Below are positions 13,197-26,049 of a stretch of 64,000 nt of DNA, piece by piece (position 1 is the first letter of the stretch; each line of letters opens with the position of its first letter). The DNA is from Felis catus (lineage: Eukaryota), in assembly GCF_018350175.1 (NCBI RefSeq), contig NC_058368.1, forward strand, positions 145,268,001 to 145,332,000, read 5' to 3'. The notes beneath the pieces are model-generated. The model did not search any database. It was not told where the DNA came from and saw nothing but the letters and a program-made list of their open reading frames with translations. The position numbers and the translations under genes are program-made.

Positions 13197-13479
13197 AAAA
13201 ATCTTGTAAAACGTCAGTTTCTGTAGAACTCACTAGGGTTCAAAGATTATTATACAATGTTTACAGTTCTTGAAGACTCTATATGTCATGTTAAGCAGGC
13301 TCAGTTTTGAGGCATGGTCAGGAAGAAAGAAATGAAGAGAGATTAAACACCAACTGCATTTTAACTAGTCTGCAAAGCTTTACATATATAATCTTATTAA
13401 TGACTGAGACTAAGAAAGACAAAAGCTAATATCACACTTTAATAGAAGAACACAGATGTATAAATAATTGTAACCTCAT

Positions 13480-14250
13480 GTCATTGGTGCTATAATAAAT
13501 GTAGGAAACCAGGTAAGAGACAAGCTGATTCTGCCTGGAATAGATGAGGAAAGCTTCCTAGAGGATCCCCAATTTCAACTGGATCCTGATGAATGATTAA
13601 GAGTTGTCCAAATAGGAAAGTGGGAAAGGCATTGTAGATGAAAAGAACAGTGTGTACAAAAGCTTGGAGATATAAGGGTCAAGGCAGGTTTGGGGAATCT
13701 TGAGTGGTTAAGTACTAAGAGGAAAAATTGGAGAGTTGGGTTGGAATTCTTTATGCCAAGGAAAGGCATTGGAATTGTATTCTGTAGGTAATGAGGAACT
13801 ATTGAAAGTTTATAAGCATGGGAGTAACATGATCGGATTTATGTTCTGGCAAGGTGATATTAAAATAATGAAAGGGAGAAAAGACTAAATTTACTGACCT
13901 GTTACTTTGCAAATATTTATTGCGTACTTATTATATGCCAGGCTTTTTATTGGGACTGGGGATACAACACTGCAGTAGTCAAAAATTCTTGCCCTTCCAA
14001 TGGTGGAGGGAGACAGACAGCCTATAAACAAAATTGTGTATAATCATTCAGATGGTGGTAAGTGCTATATGGAGAAAGTACAACAGGGAAGGAAGAGAGA
14101 TATAATCTTTGCAATATATAACATAAGCTCCCACTGAGAAGGAAGAGAACATTTGAGCACAGACGTGAAGGAGATGAGAGAACAAGACATGTGCATGTTT
14201 GCAGGAAGAGACTTTTAGGCAAAAGGAACAGCAAATACAAAGCCTTCTGT
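13480..14250 (-). mobile_element. Two L2 LINE fragments
   Basis: ggaaagcttcctagagga, tattctgtaggtaatgaggaactattg and caaatatttattgcgtacttattatatgccagg L2 motifs. Confidence 0.7.
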
Positions 14251-15579
14251 CTTATATGAAAGCTCTGGAAACCCTGAAATGACAAAAGTGAGGGGTTTAA
14301 GACTTAAACTCCCATATTTATATGAAAAGGGGCACTTAGCCAAAAAATGACTGATCATCTCTTATACATCATTCAGAACCTCTAGTCGTTTATCTATAAG
14401 TATTGAGTTTGACCAAACATGATCTCCTTTTATAGATCATTGTGGGGCCAAAATTTTGGACAGAGGTTACTAAACTATTTTCTGCTGTCACTCAGAGACT
14501 GGCAATTTTGCATTTATGCAATGAAGCCTAGTCATCATGCTAAAGCCAAGAGAATATAATTCTTTTTCTCTTTTGTAGTTTTAATCCATTTATTTCATTT
14601 TCAGATGCTCCAAATCTGTACTTTGTGACCACATTTAAGGGAACTTGCCCCCAAATCTAAGAAATACAGTGGTGTGGATGGCACATGTGGAAACCCTTTA
14701 GCAAATAAGCAAGATGAGTGGAATTGGGACTGTGTCTGGCTGATCATGATCTAGCTGAGTGCATTGCACACAGAGAGATAAAAATGAAGCCAGAATCTGG
14801 AATGAGATCATTAGTGTGTACCATCCTGGTACTATATAAGACCAAACACATATTTAATGCACTGAACCCACCTTGAAATGCCCCACAGCCCCAAGAGAAC
14901 AAAGTACTAGAAAAAAATAAAGGGGAGGAGAGGATGCTGAGTGATCCATAATGCTGTCAATGTCACAATCCATCCTGAACAGCAGAATAAAGTTAATAGG
15001 GAAAGTTCTTTAGTGCTTGTTCAGCTGCCTGCCACCCAACTCTGTGGCAGAAAAGCAAGGAGGAAATAGATATGTCATTATAGAATATATCAATAATAAA
15101 TTATAAAGATGACTTATACATATATAAGAAGAAGTTCCCTGTATTTATTTGAAGTATCAGTCTTTAGGATTGTATATTTGACCACTCAATGCCAAAAAAA
15201 AGTAGACAGTCTTAAATCATTTTTTAAGGCTATTGATATTTTGATAATTAATAATCAAACTTGTAAAAAATATTGAAGACAAGAACTTAGAAGTGTCAAG
15301 AAAATAGAAGTAATATTTTTCCTAGTGTTCAATAAATAAAAATTGCCTTAGAATAAACACAATCTATTTATAGCATAGGTAAAGGAACATCTCTGGAAGT
15401 CAAATATTCTATCTGAATTCTAAGTATTATTTTTCAGCTCAGAGGATTTCATGGTTTGAGTAGACTATTTTCATTCCAAATCTGTGTGCCTTTTACCTCC
15501 TAAAAATATGTCCTAAACTTTTCCAGCACCACACTGCTTGGTTATAGAGTCAAGAACTTATACAATTCAACTAACAGCT

Positions 15580-16075
15580 ATCAAACATTTATTTAGAGGT
15601 TAAACAACTCTATGTGCAAGACTCCGATTGGGCAAGGTCCTGCAGGAGATGCAAGCTTGTAAAACCTAGTGTCTTCTCCCAAGGAGCATAACAGGTAAAG
15701 TAAAAAAAAATGATCATAAGATGATGCAAAATATGCTCAGTGGCCTAAAGGTTCAAAGGAGACAGATAACCATGAGTAGAGAAATCAAGGAAGGCTTCAA
15801 GGAAAAGTGACTTGCGACCAGGGATCTTGATGGATGGGTGGGATTTCAATAGGCAGAAATGGGTTGGTTTGAATAGGGTGGGGAAAGCAATTCAAGTAAA
15901 GACAGGGCTCATTTGAGAAGAGAGTTTCCTGTTTTGCTCGAACATGGTGTATGTACACCATGGAGTTGAGGGACTAAAGTTGGGAAGGTGAGATGTCAGC
16001 CTGAGGAGTCCGGACTAGACTCAGTCAGCAGTGGGGCTCTATCCAAATCAATGTGACATGATGTGACATGACACT
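15580..16075 (-). mobile_element. L2 LINE fragment
   Basis: caaacatttattt...aatcaaggaaggcttcaaggaaaagtgac. Confidence 0.6.
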
Positions 16076-16555
16076 GCTCTGTTTATGCTCTAATGCCCAT
16101 GCTTTTGTATTCATCTCATTCTGTTTCTGAAAGGCTGAGGCTGGTTCTCCAGCCCTTGTGGGAGAGATTGGTTCTGTACTACAGATTTATTTAGAGGCAG
16201 AGCACAGTAAGGGTCATTTGGGTGTGTTCCTCCTTCCCCCCAGGGACAGTGTAGCTGCTGAGTGTGGCCTTTGTGTCCTGGCTATTTAGGCATCATTTGA
16301 GCTCCTGAATATTTTCAAATGTGAAAGACAGAAACACTATCTTCCATAAATATTTGTTAAGGGCCTCCTACATGACCAGCAGTAGTTTTGCCCTGCTCTA
16401 GATTGGTAATAAATTAGCAATCAAAGCCAGAAGTCAAATAAAATCTTGAATTCACATCAAAATAGGAAAGGGCTAATTTTAATGATGGTTCACCCAGTAG
16501 ATAGGCCATTTCCAGTACTGCCTTTGAATGCTGTACTATTATATAATATCTTCTC

Positions 16556-16967
16556 TGTAGAGGCTGCTTTTAGGCAAATAGGCTTGAACAATGGAACATA
16601 GAAAGGGCCACAGCAACCACCTGGCTGAATATAAACAGGCCCATCAGGTGACCCACCTCAAAATATCCATAGGCCCTAACTAACCAATGCACTACTTACA
16701 GCTAGGCATGGTTACCAAAAAAGGGAACACTGCCATACCTCCTCATGTTCCCCCTTTAAAAACAGCCCTCTCCCACTACCTCATGGCACGCAGCCTCTTC
16801 TCTGCTATCCTGCCTGCCATTCCCTTGAAGTGTATTCTATAAACTTCTCTCCTCTGTTCTGCATCAGATGAATTCTTTCACCTCCCATGCCTTTGAGTTC
16901 CATGCAATCGTTGCCCCACATTTGGAGGCCCCCATCTGATCAAGAGACACCCCCTTGGGACATTATA
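16556..16967 (+). mobile_element. Solo ERV LTR (about 412 bp), family not recognised
   Basis: Starts TGTAG, ends TTATA; 5-bp TSD ttctc (16551-16555, 16968-16972); CCAAT, TATA-like tttaaaaa and poly(A)-like tataaa in LTR order. Confidence 0.8.
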
Positions 16968-17271
16968 TTCTCAGCTAATTTTTCTGAAGATCTGATTTAG
17001 GAAAAGGAGGAACAGCCTTAGATGTTTAGGGAGATTCAAAAGAAGTGATAGCCATTCCTGAAAGACAGATGTTCAGTAGAAACTTTAACCTATAAAAAAT
17101 ATACAACATATAATGTGATATTTAGATAGTATATAAAGACTCCATAGGTTTTCTGCTTGGTTATGTTCAGTAGACATAAATGTTGTTTAGACGCCACCTT
17201 ACTGGGGGATCCATTCTGAGCATCAGAGGCTAGGCTGCAGTGGTCATTTGGGTCCCTGTAGTCCTAATAGA

Positions 17272-17421
17272 TTTCTTTCTTTCCTTTCCTTTCCTTTCCT
17301 TTCCTTTCCTTTCCTTTCCTTTCCTTTCCTCTCCTCTCCTCTCCTCTCCTCTCCTCTCCTCTCCTCTCTTCTCTTCTCTTCTCTTCTCTTCTCTTCTCTT
17401 CTCTTCTCTTCTCTTCTTTTC
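17272..17421. repeat. Compound (TTTCC)n(TCTCC)n(TCTTC)n pure pyrimidine tract
   Basis: 150 bp with no purine on the + strand. Confidence 0.97.
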
Positions 17422-17514
17422 AACTTAAGTAATTGCTATACCTGACATGAAGCTTAAACTCACAATCCTTAGATCAAGAGTTGCATACTCTTCTGACTGA
17501 GTCAGCCAGGCACC
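17422..17514 (-). mobile_element. Short old carnivore tRNA-SINE (SINEC_old type)
   Basis: ttaaactcacaatccttagatcaagagttgcatactc...ctgagtcagccaggcaccc. Confidence 0.8.
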
Positions 17515-17939
17515 CTGACCAAATACTGATTTTTAACTGAACCTAAAATGGTTCTTTAACTTGAGACTTTTTAAGGACATAGAAATCTTAAATAAAAATG
17601 ACTGAAACCCTTGTAGAATGTAGAAACTCTTATTTGGTAAGACCAAAAGCAGTAATGAGTCAATTAATCAAAAAATTCAGTTAAAGCCTGGGATCCTAAA
17701 AAATGCAATAATAAAGCATGATTCCTCATTTGACAATATTTTGATGTAGAGTCCAGATCTCCCCCCCCCCCCCCCAGTGTAGATCTGTATTTTGGAGACT
17801 TTCTTACATAAATCATATTTATACTGCATCTATTTCTAGTTTCAATTTATTTAAGCTAAAGCAGACATTTCTGAGGCAACCTAAATCTGGAACCTGATAG
17901 GCCTTTCATGATTCCTACTGTAGTCTTTGAAACTTTTCT

Positions 17940-18144
17940 CTCTTTTTTTAAATGTTTATTTACTTTTGAGACAATGCGAGAGACAGAGTGCAAGGGGCAG
18001 ACAGAGGGAGACACAGAATCTGAAGCAAGCTCCAGGCTCCGAGCTGTCAGTGTTGAGTCCGATGCTGGGCTTGAACTCACAAACTGTGAGATCATGACCT
18101 GAGCCGAAGTCAGACGCTTACCCGACTGAGCCACTCAGGCACCC
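17940..18144 (-). mobile_element. Can-SINE (SINEC_Fc)
   Basis: TSD gaaacttttct. Confidence 0.95.
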
Positions 18145-18422
18145 GAAACTTTTCTTGCTCATACCCATGGTGCTAGTAATTTGTTTTAAAAGTGACTTGG
18201 AATCATTAAGTCCCAAGCACTCAGCTTCATTTTCAGAATAACAAGTACTCTCTTCTTTGCTCTCCTTGTTTGTCAATTTTCATAATATTTAATTAAAATA
18301 TGCTTAATTTAATTAAAATATTACAATCACAAGTCTAATGAACCCAAACAGGCTTGGGAACAAATACAACTAACTCTGGGGTAGTAAACTACAGCAGAGT
18401 GGGAACAGAAATCCTTGGTATA

Positions 18423-18622
18423 GGGGGGCCCGGGTGGTTCAGTCAGTGAAGTGTCAGACTCTTGGTTTTGGATCTCACAGTTGTGGGATCGAGACCCATG
18501 CTGGGCTCTGCACTGACAGCTTGGAGTCTGCTTGGGATTCTTTCTCTTCCTTTCTCTTTGCCCTACTCCAATGCATGCACATGTGTGTTCTCTCTTTCCA
18601 AATAAATAAACTTAAAAAAGGA
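18423..18622 (+). mobile_element. Can-SINE
   Basis: TSD agaaatccttggtata/agaagtccttggtgta. Confidence 0.9.
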
Positions 18623-19224
18623 AAGAAGTCCTTGGTGTATTGAAGAGTAGTTACTGCCCTCAAGTGCTCAACATGTTGTGTGTAGCAGAAAATTCAGTTT
18701 GCAGGGAATGGAAGAGCATCTGTGGATCTGGCAAGTTAGTTAAGTGTAAGTAGTTAAGAGCTTGTACTGTATAAAGTTAGCTAAGGAGTTAGATTATGTG
18801 TTTTTAACTACCCAGAATATGCTATGTGATTCTGAATTAATATCATTGGAGAACTGGTTAAACACACACAAACACATACCTAAAAGCAAAAATATTTCCA
18901 TCAGTTGTGGATAAAGGCATGGTTCTGGCTCTGTTGAGAGTTTCCATTTGTTTACCTGTTTATATCCTTGAGTTTCATCCTGAATGTCCATCTGTGCTGT
19001 AATATCTATGTATCAGGACTTTTATGTTAATTACAGAACTTTAAAATATCTCAATAAATTATAGATAGTACTTACTTCATAGGCTTTTGTAAGAATTAGT
19101 GAAACAATATGTGTAGAGTGTTTACCATAGAGCTGATGAGTTTTAGTCCCCTCTATCCCTTGTGCTCCTGAGTATAATTGTCCAAAATTCAGACTTTGAG
19201 TACAGAGTCTTCATAAAAAACATA

Positions 19225-20472
19225 TTGACCAACTTGAAGGGGTTCCCTCTGGCCAAATTTGGAATAACCCATGCATCAGAATGAACAACGACAGGAATTG
19301 AGTGAACATTGAATTTTTAAAATATCTATGAATTCATACAGGTTAGGAAATAAATTTAAGAAGAGGAGAAGGGAAAGCTCTTCTTTGGGAAAGATGCCAA
19401 TTAATATATGTATAACGTATAATATACATAGGAAATTATCATTTTACAGCCACCGTAGTAATTATAATTATTTAGTCAATAATTATCAACGGATACTAAA
19501 ACCATTGGATGAAAGAACATTGGGGAATATGATATTCAAATAATTTAATCCCATGCATTCATATTTACCACAAAAGGTAAATACACTTTTGGGGCACCTG
19601 GGTGGCTCAGTCGGTTAAGTGGCTGACTTTGGCTCAGGTCATGATCTCACGGTTTGTGGCTTCGAGCCCCATGTCTGGATCTGTGCTGACAGTTCAGAGA
19701 CTGGAGCCTGCTTCGGATTCTGTATCTCCCTCTCTCTGCCCCTCCCCTGCTTGCACTCTATCTCTCAAAAAATATTGAATACATGTTAAAAAAATAAAAA
19801 AAAAAAGGAAAATACACTTTTAACAATACAGAAATCTCATGAATATCACCTTAACCAAGAGACCACACTTAGCACCACCAATGAGATACCAAACTGACAT
19901 CATGAGGTTTTTATTTGATGTACACCAGGTCATGTGTGTAGTATTTCTGTCCCACCTCCCCAAATCCCAGTTTAACCTGAATCTAATTATAAGAAAGCAA
20001 TCAAAGCAATCCAAATTGAAAAACATTCTGTAAAACAAAACATCATCATCAACAACAAAATATGCCTATCAATATTGCAAAAGAGAAAGAAGGGCTGGGA
20101 ACTAATTTAGGTTAAAACACACTACAGAGATATTTGGGGAATTTGGCCTGTGTAACACATAATGGTATTTTATCAATATTAAATGTTTTCAGTCTTATGG
20201 TTATGTAAGAGTATATCTTTATTAGTAGGGGTACAATGTCAGCAAAATAGTAATGGTAAAAATAATATATTTATGTGTGTATATATATAAACACATATAT
20301 ATTTATTTAACTCACATATATAAACAAATACACACATATCCTGACAGACAAAGCAAATGTGGTAAAATATTAATAATCAGGGAACCTAGATAAATGTTAT
20401 ATGTGTGTTCATTGTACTCTTCTTAGAAACTCTCTGCAGGTTTGTAATTTTTTTAGATAAAAGCTGAGGGAA
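19225..20472 (+). mobile_element. L1MC-type 3'UTR interrupted by a SINE
   Basis: gaaggggttccctctggccaaattt...cattgtactcttctt...aactctctgcaggtttgtaattt. Confidence 0.7.
19591..19802 (+). mobile_element. Can-SINE (SINEC_Fc)
   Basis: TSD aaaaggtaaatacactttt/aaaaggaaaatacactttt. Confidence 0.96.
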
Positions 20473-21429
20473 GTAAAGGTATATCCAGAGCTCTAGGTAT
20501 TGCTCTTCCTAATTTGCTGTTACACAAATCTATGCAATATAGGACCATTCAGTGCAGACTGCACAATTGTCCTCTGTCATCTAGAAATAAGTTTGCTTTG
20601 TGATTTTCATTCTCTCACAAAGTCACTACCTATAGCAAAACACTAAGATTTTTTGTGTAATACATAATGGTATCTAAGGATTTTCTCTTGCAAAATAAAA
20701 CAGAAGCAGCCACAATATCTTTAAGTAAATTAGATTGTAATGAAACTTGGTCATGGCGGGAGGACATGGAGAAGAGCAGAATTTTGACAAGGCCTGAAGG
20801 GTTCTTGCTAGAATCCCCACTAACCATTAAGGTACAGTCCAAACCACAAGCCAGAACATTCACAAAGGAGAGAAGGTATAACAGAGAGGCTAAGGCTGAT
20901 TTTCTGTTTACAAGGTTGATTGAGACACATCCAGCTCTTAAGCAGAATAACTGAGAATGATTGTTTTAGAGATTGACTAGGTTTGTGTGTAGTAAGTCTC
21001 TTCTTCAAACACATAGCTTTCTTTGCTGTTAGTCAAAGAGAAAATGCAGAAACAAATTATATTCGAGACAATAATCCCCCCATGTTGGTTTATCCTGTAG
21101 TCACAGGATCAAAGTAATAAGAACTGTATATGATGGCAACAGAGCCACCTACCTGTGGTGTGAAAGAATGGTCATATTTGCTTAAACCTAGAAGGGGAAG
21201 ACATTTTGAATATGCAGAAAAAGTCAGTGTTAGGAGAAGTATAAAAACCAAAGAGCCAAAGTAGACAGGCCATGGAAATTCATGAGCATATGAGCTGTTG
21301 CTCCACCTACATTAGTATATATGGGTTTTGTGACCCTAGGATTAGGGCCTATAGGAACCACAAACATTCTAAAGGATATAAAACATCAAAAAAAATACAG
21401 AAATGCTTTAAATATGGTAATACACGTAG

Positions 21430-21632
21430 GTTAATAATATCTAAACTGTTCAAGTATTGTTGTGTTCTAAGTATTCTATCTCATTTACTTCAATTCTGTG
21501 AGTTAGGTGTGCTATTATTCCCTTATCATTAATGGCAAAACGAAGGCATAGAACCATTGAATGTGTACCCAAGGTAGAACCAGAGTGTGAAGCCAAGCAG
21601 GTTGGCCCACGTGCTCTTGACTACTCCATGCT
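21430..21632 (-). mobile_element. MIR SINE
   Basis: ctgtgagttaggtgtgctattattcccttat...aaacgaaggcatag. Confidence 0.6.
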
Positions 21633-21639
21633 GGAATGT

Positions 21640-21966
21640 TATTAAACCATTACAATAATCTTTTTGGAGACTATTTAATGGCACAGCAAAGTGTTAAAAA
21701 AAATTAAGAAGAGTGGCAAATCTGTATGTGCAGCATGTCCCCAATTTTAAAAGCTTGAAGAATAAAAGATTGAGAAAGAGAGACTGAGCAAGACTGAGAG
21801 AGAGAAAGCAAGCATGAGCAAGCCTGAGAGAGGAAAGACAGGAAGGCAGTTTCAAGATGTAAGTGGTAATCTCTCAATGGCAGTAATTGTTACTTTCTTC
21901 TGCCTATTTTTGTGAAGTTTTCAAACTTTCTGTAGTGAAAATGTAGCTTTTATAATAAAAAAAAAA
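21640..21966 (+). mobile_element. L1ME-type 3' end
   Basis: tttcaaactttctgtagtgaaaatgtagcttttataataaaaa. Confidence 0.55.
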
Positions 21967-22051
21967 CTACATGCTATATATCAAAGATATATCCTGGAAG
22001 TTTAAAAAATAACCATGTTGAGGGTTCAGAGAAGCACTCCTAATCCTTGAC

Positions 22052-22285
22052 ACAGTGTTTCTCTGGCTTCATCATGTGCCACTTCCACGTTTCTTGCCAC
22101 ATGAGTTCTACTCATTATTTACTAATAATCCTTTAAATTAACTCATTGTTTTTACTTAGCCTCCTAGGTGGTGTCTATGAAATCATGTTTTTACTATTCT
22201 ATGGATTTTTAAAAATGTAAATTAAACACATAACTATTAAAATGTCTTGGGCCACCACAGTATGAGTGGCTCACTTTGGGAAAGA
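22052..22285. mobile_element. hAT-Charlie-type MITE (MER113-like)
   Basis: cagtgtttctct start; cactttgggaaa end. Confidence 0.45.
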
Positions 22286-22756
22286 ATATGTTCCTCCTAT
22301 ACTGGCTTCACAATCACTTAGGTGTAGTAGAGGAAGAGGCAGCTTCTTGGATCTACTTGAGCAGAATTGCAGAGGGGCCTGGACACCTGCCTTTTAAACA
22401 CACTCTCCAGGAAATTCTTGTGCAGCCTAACGTTTTAGAACTATCGCACTGTGGTTTCTTAGGATGTATAATGGTCAAGGATTCAGTTGAATCTGAGGTA
22501 ATTAAAGAATCTAACCAGATAACCAGGATGAAATCTAGAACTATACCAGACCACCCCAGAAGATAGCTTAAGGAGAACATTAGAGATAACCTGGATGATG
22601 GTGGACTGGAAAAGCTAATTATTGCAAAAAATATTGCTAATTATTATAAAATTATTGTAAAAAAAGAAACAGTTTCTTTTGTTACCAAGAATGACACCCC
22701 TGGAGAATTGCTTTGCTGTCCTGTTTGAGTGATAGTTCTTAATGCTGATAACTCTT

Positions 22757-23830
22757 GTAGCAGAATGTGTTAAAGTAGCAGTATGTGATAGGTTGGGTTG
22801 AGGTCACGGTAGGCCTATAAAGACAGCTGCCAAAAATCAGAAGTCTGAAAAGAAGATGGGTTGCTGCAGCAGAGGGAGCAACAGAACCTCATTTCAGGCA
22901 TCCATCAAGAGTTGTGGGCAAAGCAGAAGTTGGGCAACCAGTGAGAATCAGAGGTATGAAGTTTTCAATTTTGTTTCTCCCATAGTAGCCGCCAGGAGAG
23001 AATTGTTTTGTAGAAAGAGACCAGCCTTTGTTGAGAAGATGTTTTAAGACCACAGTAGGGTAGAAAGCAGCCTCAAGGCCTGGTTGTAAGCTGGAGAAAA
23101 TAACTAGAGGATAGAGCTAGTAAAGGCCTGGGCGTAGAGGCAGTGTATGAGGAGGGAACTCTGTGCTGGCTTCCAGACTCCTGGAAGCTACTGAGGGAAG
23201 GGTTGACCATTGCATCAGTGTAATCTGTGCTAAATTATCCCATGCACAGAAAGGGACAGTTGCTATATGGATTATGCAATTAGTGGGGAATTTGTAGGTA
23301 TGTAAGACTGGGATAGAGAATGGAAATTACTTTGTTCAAACATGTCACAGAGGTATGCTGGCAATGCAGGTTTAGGAGAGTCCTCAAAAGACACCAGATG
23401 AGGCCCAAGGAGTCTAGTCCAGCTCAAGGTAGGCTAGAAGGGAAATATTGTGTGAAGGAACATTTTTGGAGGGATTTCACTCAGGGACAAAGGTAAAACC
23501 TTTAGGAACATTAGGGCTAGGGAGGTTGTAGCTTGTTAGTATCAAAACGATCCAGAGGAAGAAATGGTTGCCCTTAGAAGGACAAGCACCTGAACATTTG
23601 GGGGGAGTATTCTCTGGGAACATAAGAGATGTGTATGAGTACAAATCCAATGTAGTGTTACCTTTTTGGGGACAATATAGAAATCATGCTGTAATTTGAA
23701 AAGGGTTTGATAAAGTTGACAAAGGGAAAACATAGAAAGAGGACCTGAAGCCTTGAAAGAAGCATCACCCTAACCTATAACCTGGAAGCTGTTCTCTTTA
23801 TGTCACCATGGAGGATGGGGCCCTCAGGAT
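22757..23830. mobile_element. Possible ancient LTR-derived purine-rich segment
   Basis: Starts tgtagcag, has tataaa, G/A-rich throughout; family not recognised. Confidence 0.25.
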
Positions 23831-24628
23831 CCATTGACTTGGTTATCTGCCTAGTAACCCTTCCTTTTTTGGTTTAATTATTTCATAGACATTTTCCAAA
23901 TGTTATTTTCTCAAAGTCTGTTATTTCTTCTCTGAAATTCTGAAATGGATAACTCCTATGTATGTGTAACCTCTTTTCTACTATACACACATCACTTTGA
24001 ATTTTGATTCCATTTTTAGTATTAGTGATTCTCAAGAATTTTCTGGCCCAACACATCCTTTGATTTCCCATTTCCCTTAGTGTTCACATTAAACCTTTAA
24101 AAAACTATTCCCATCTTTTACCCTACCACCTCCACCCCTAAAAAAAATCTAGGATAGCTGACCAGCAAGATGATTAGGAAAGGAAGGAAAAAGAAATTAG
24201 TATTCTGTGGAATTGGTTATCCCTGGGTTTCAGGGTGGTTGAGGCCATACACTCTGTCACATAACACTATGCAAATTGACTTTACCCTTCCAAATTTAAA
24301 TGATACAGTTGTCAACGAAGATAAGAGATGATATCAGGTTTGTCATGATTCAATGAATGTGCATCTATTTTCCCTAGTTCCACCACAGAAGATGTATTAG
24401 GGTGCTGATGAGGGTCAGCTCTACAGGATGTGAAGTCTGCTAGGCAGGGGGAGCATCAAAAGAAGGCTTTCATTGCATTTTGTACCCTCTACCATGTCAT
24501 CTTGAGACTCCAACCAAATTACTTTATATGGTGGCTAAACCTGCTCTGGGCTTGTGGGACCATTCAGATTTCAGAAACAGTTTCTTCTGTTACAGAGCTA
24601 TGTGGCCAAACCATCCACAGATAATATA

Positions 24629-24985
24629 TTAACATCTGGGTATGTACATGAACTGTCATACCACAACACCATGATGATGACCGGCAAATGGACACATGCT
24701 GTCATATACTCCGTAGGCCTTGATCTTGAGGAGGCACTGAGCATGGCAGGTCTGGCCATCACTAAGGCATTTGAGGAGGTCCCTGAGCTTGCAGATGAAC
24801 TTTAAGTAGTGAGGAAGAGGGAGGTAGTGAGGCAGGGCAGAGGTGGTGGTGTGGAGCAGCTCCACTTGTCCCTGAGACATGTTACTGAGTGTTCCCCATA
24901 TTGCAGGGAAACATACCAACTGATAGCTGCCACAGCCAGATGGCCATTCTCTAGAACCCCCATGCCCTTCAGCTACCATTTGTCG
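24629..24985 (-). pseudogene. ZSWIM-like last coding exon remnant
   Basis: HTTTSALPHYLPLPHYLKFICKLRDLLKCLSDGQTCHAQCLLKIKAY vs recalled ZSWIM6 [50 protein letters not shown]; C/G-rich third codon positions. Confidence 0.7.
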
Positions 24986-24989
24986 AGTT

Positions 24990-25532
24990 CTGTACCTACC
25001 CAGACCCAGGTTATTTGTTCCTCAGCCTGCCTTGTACCAGTTAAACTTGTCATTATTATTAATAATCTAAATTAAATGTTACATAAACATACAACATGTG
25101 AGTGCAAAAAGGAGTTTTTTCTATGAATTTGGTTGAATATTTTGAAACGATTCAATGAAAATAAGTTGCTGAGCAATGGTTAAAGTAGAAAAGCAATTAT
25201 AAAAATTTAGAAGGACTCTGCACTCAGTTTGCCCAACAAAATGTTTTTGCTTCCTTTTAAAGAAATTATCATTGGAAATAGTAAAGGATGTATAATGGGC
25301 ATGGTTCATGACAGAAAGATTAGGCCAAACTCCAATCAACTGACTAACTTTCAAAGAAAAAGCCTGGATTTTATATCAAAAACTCGGCAAAAGAATGCAG
25401 TTACTTTAATTTAAAATAAAAATTTCAATGTATGTGTCTACAATTTTTTTTATGATTCATTTCTTTAACCAGTGTCTTCCATTAGCCAACCAATTCCCTG
25501 TCCTTATTGCATTTGATAAAAGGGTCTCTGTG
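24990..25532 (+). mobile_element. Ancient Tigger (Tigger14/15-like) with transposase N-terminal remnant
   Basis: gtgagtgcaaaaagg...actccaatc...ttcaaagaaaaagcc (PI..LKEKA-like); end ...gataaaagggtctctgtg. Confidence 0.6.
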
Positions 25533-25680
25533 GAACTTCCTCTTTCATCATTATTCTGTTGAGATCCAAGAGTTTAGAATTCCCATGATTAGTCTCTTGT
25601 TTGAGGTATCAGGCAGTAGCATTTCAGGAAGGAAGAACTTCTAAAGATCTTGTATAATCCAATGCTCCTTTAATTCTAGC
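25533..25680 (-). pseudogene. ZSWIM-like exon remnant (5' part of last exon)
   Basis: Acceptor ccctttttgtcataattag; LELKEHWIIQDL*KFFLPEML aligns without gaps, weakly, to recalled ZSWIM8 VNYVHQFCVGAAKGVLSPFVL. Confidence 0.45.
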
Positions 25681-25800
25681 CTAATTATGACAAAAAGGGA
25701 CAGGTATTCCTACTTATCAGCTCAAGGTAGCACCACTATAGTGATAGCCTAAACCCAGTTTATAAATCTCATACATACTAGCTTTGCAATTGAGATTCTT

Positions 25801-25837
25801 AAAAAAAAAAAAAAGAAAGAAAAGAAAGAAAAAGAAA
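25801..25837 (+). mobile_element. Poly(A)-only retro-insertion
   Basis: A-rich run flanked by aattgagattctt (25788-25800) and aattgaggttctt (25838-25850). Confidence 0.7.
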
Positions 25838-26049
25838 AATTGAGGTTCTTGATAAATGTAGAAGCAGTTTCAGAATTTGTATTCTCTCCATTTGGGGCAG
25901 GAAAGCTTGCTTATTTTATATCACATAATTTCAAATTGCCTTAATTCTAATTTGCAAAAAATCAAGATTGCCCTATATCAGAAGTAAGTCTCTTCTGCTG
26001 GGGCAGTAGAAGTAAGCATCCAGAAGAAGACCTTTAAACATCTCTCTTC

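Noticed and set aside
17760..17775. Poly-C runs (also 61939-61953) as functional G4 elements
   Set aside because: Isolated homopolymers with no supporting context; length may be a sequencing artefact
24554..24805. + strand ORF ending ...ELADEL as an ER-retained protein
   Set aside because: Explained as the antisense shadow of the GC3-rich minus-strand ZSWIM-like frame; no signal peptide
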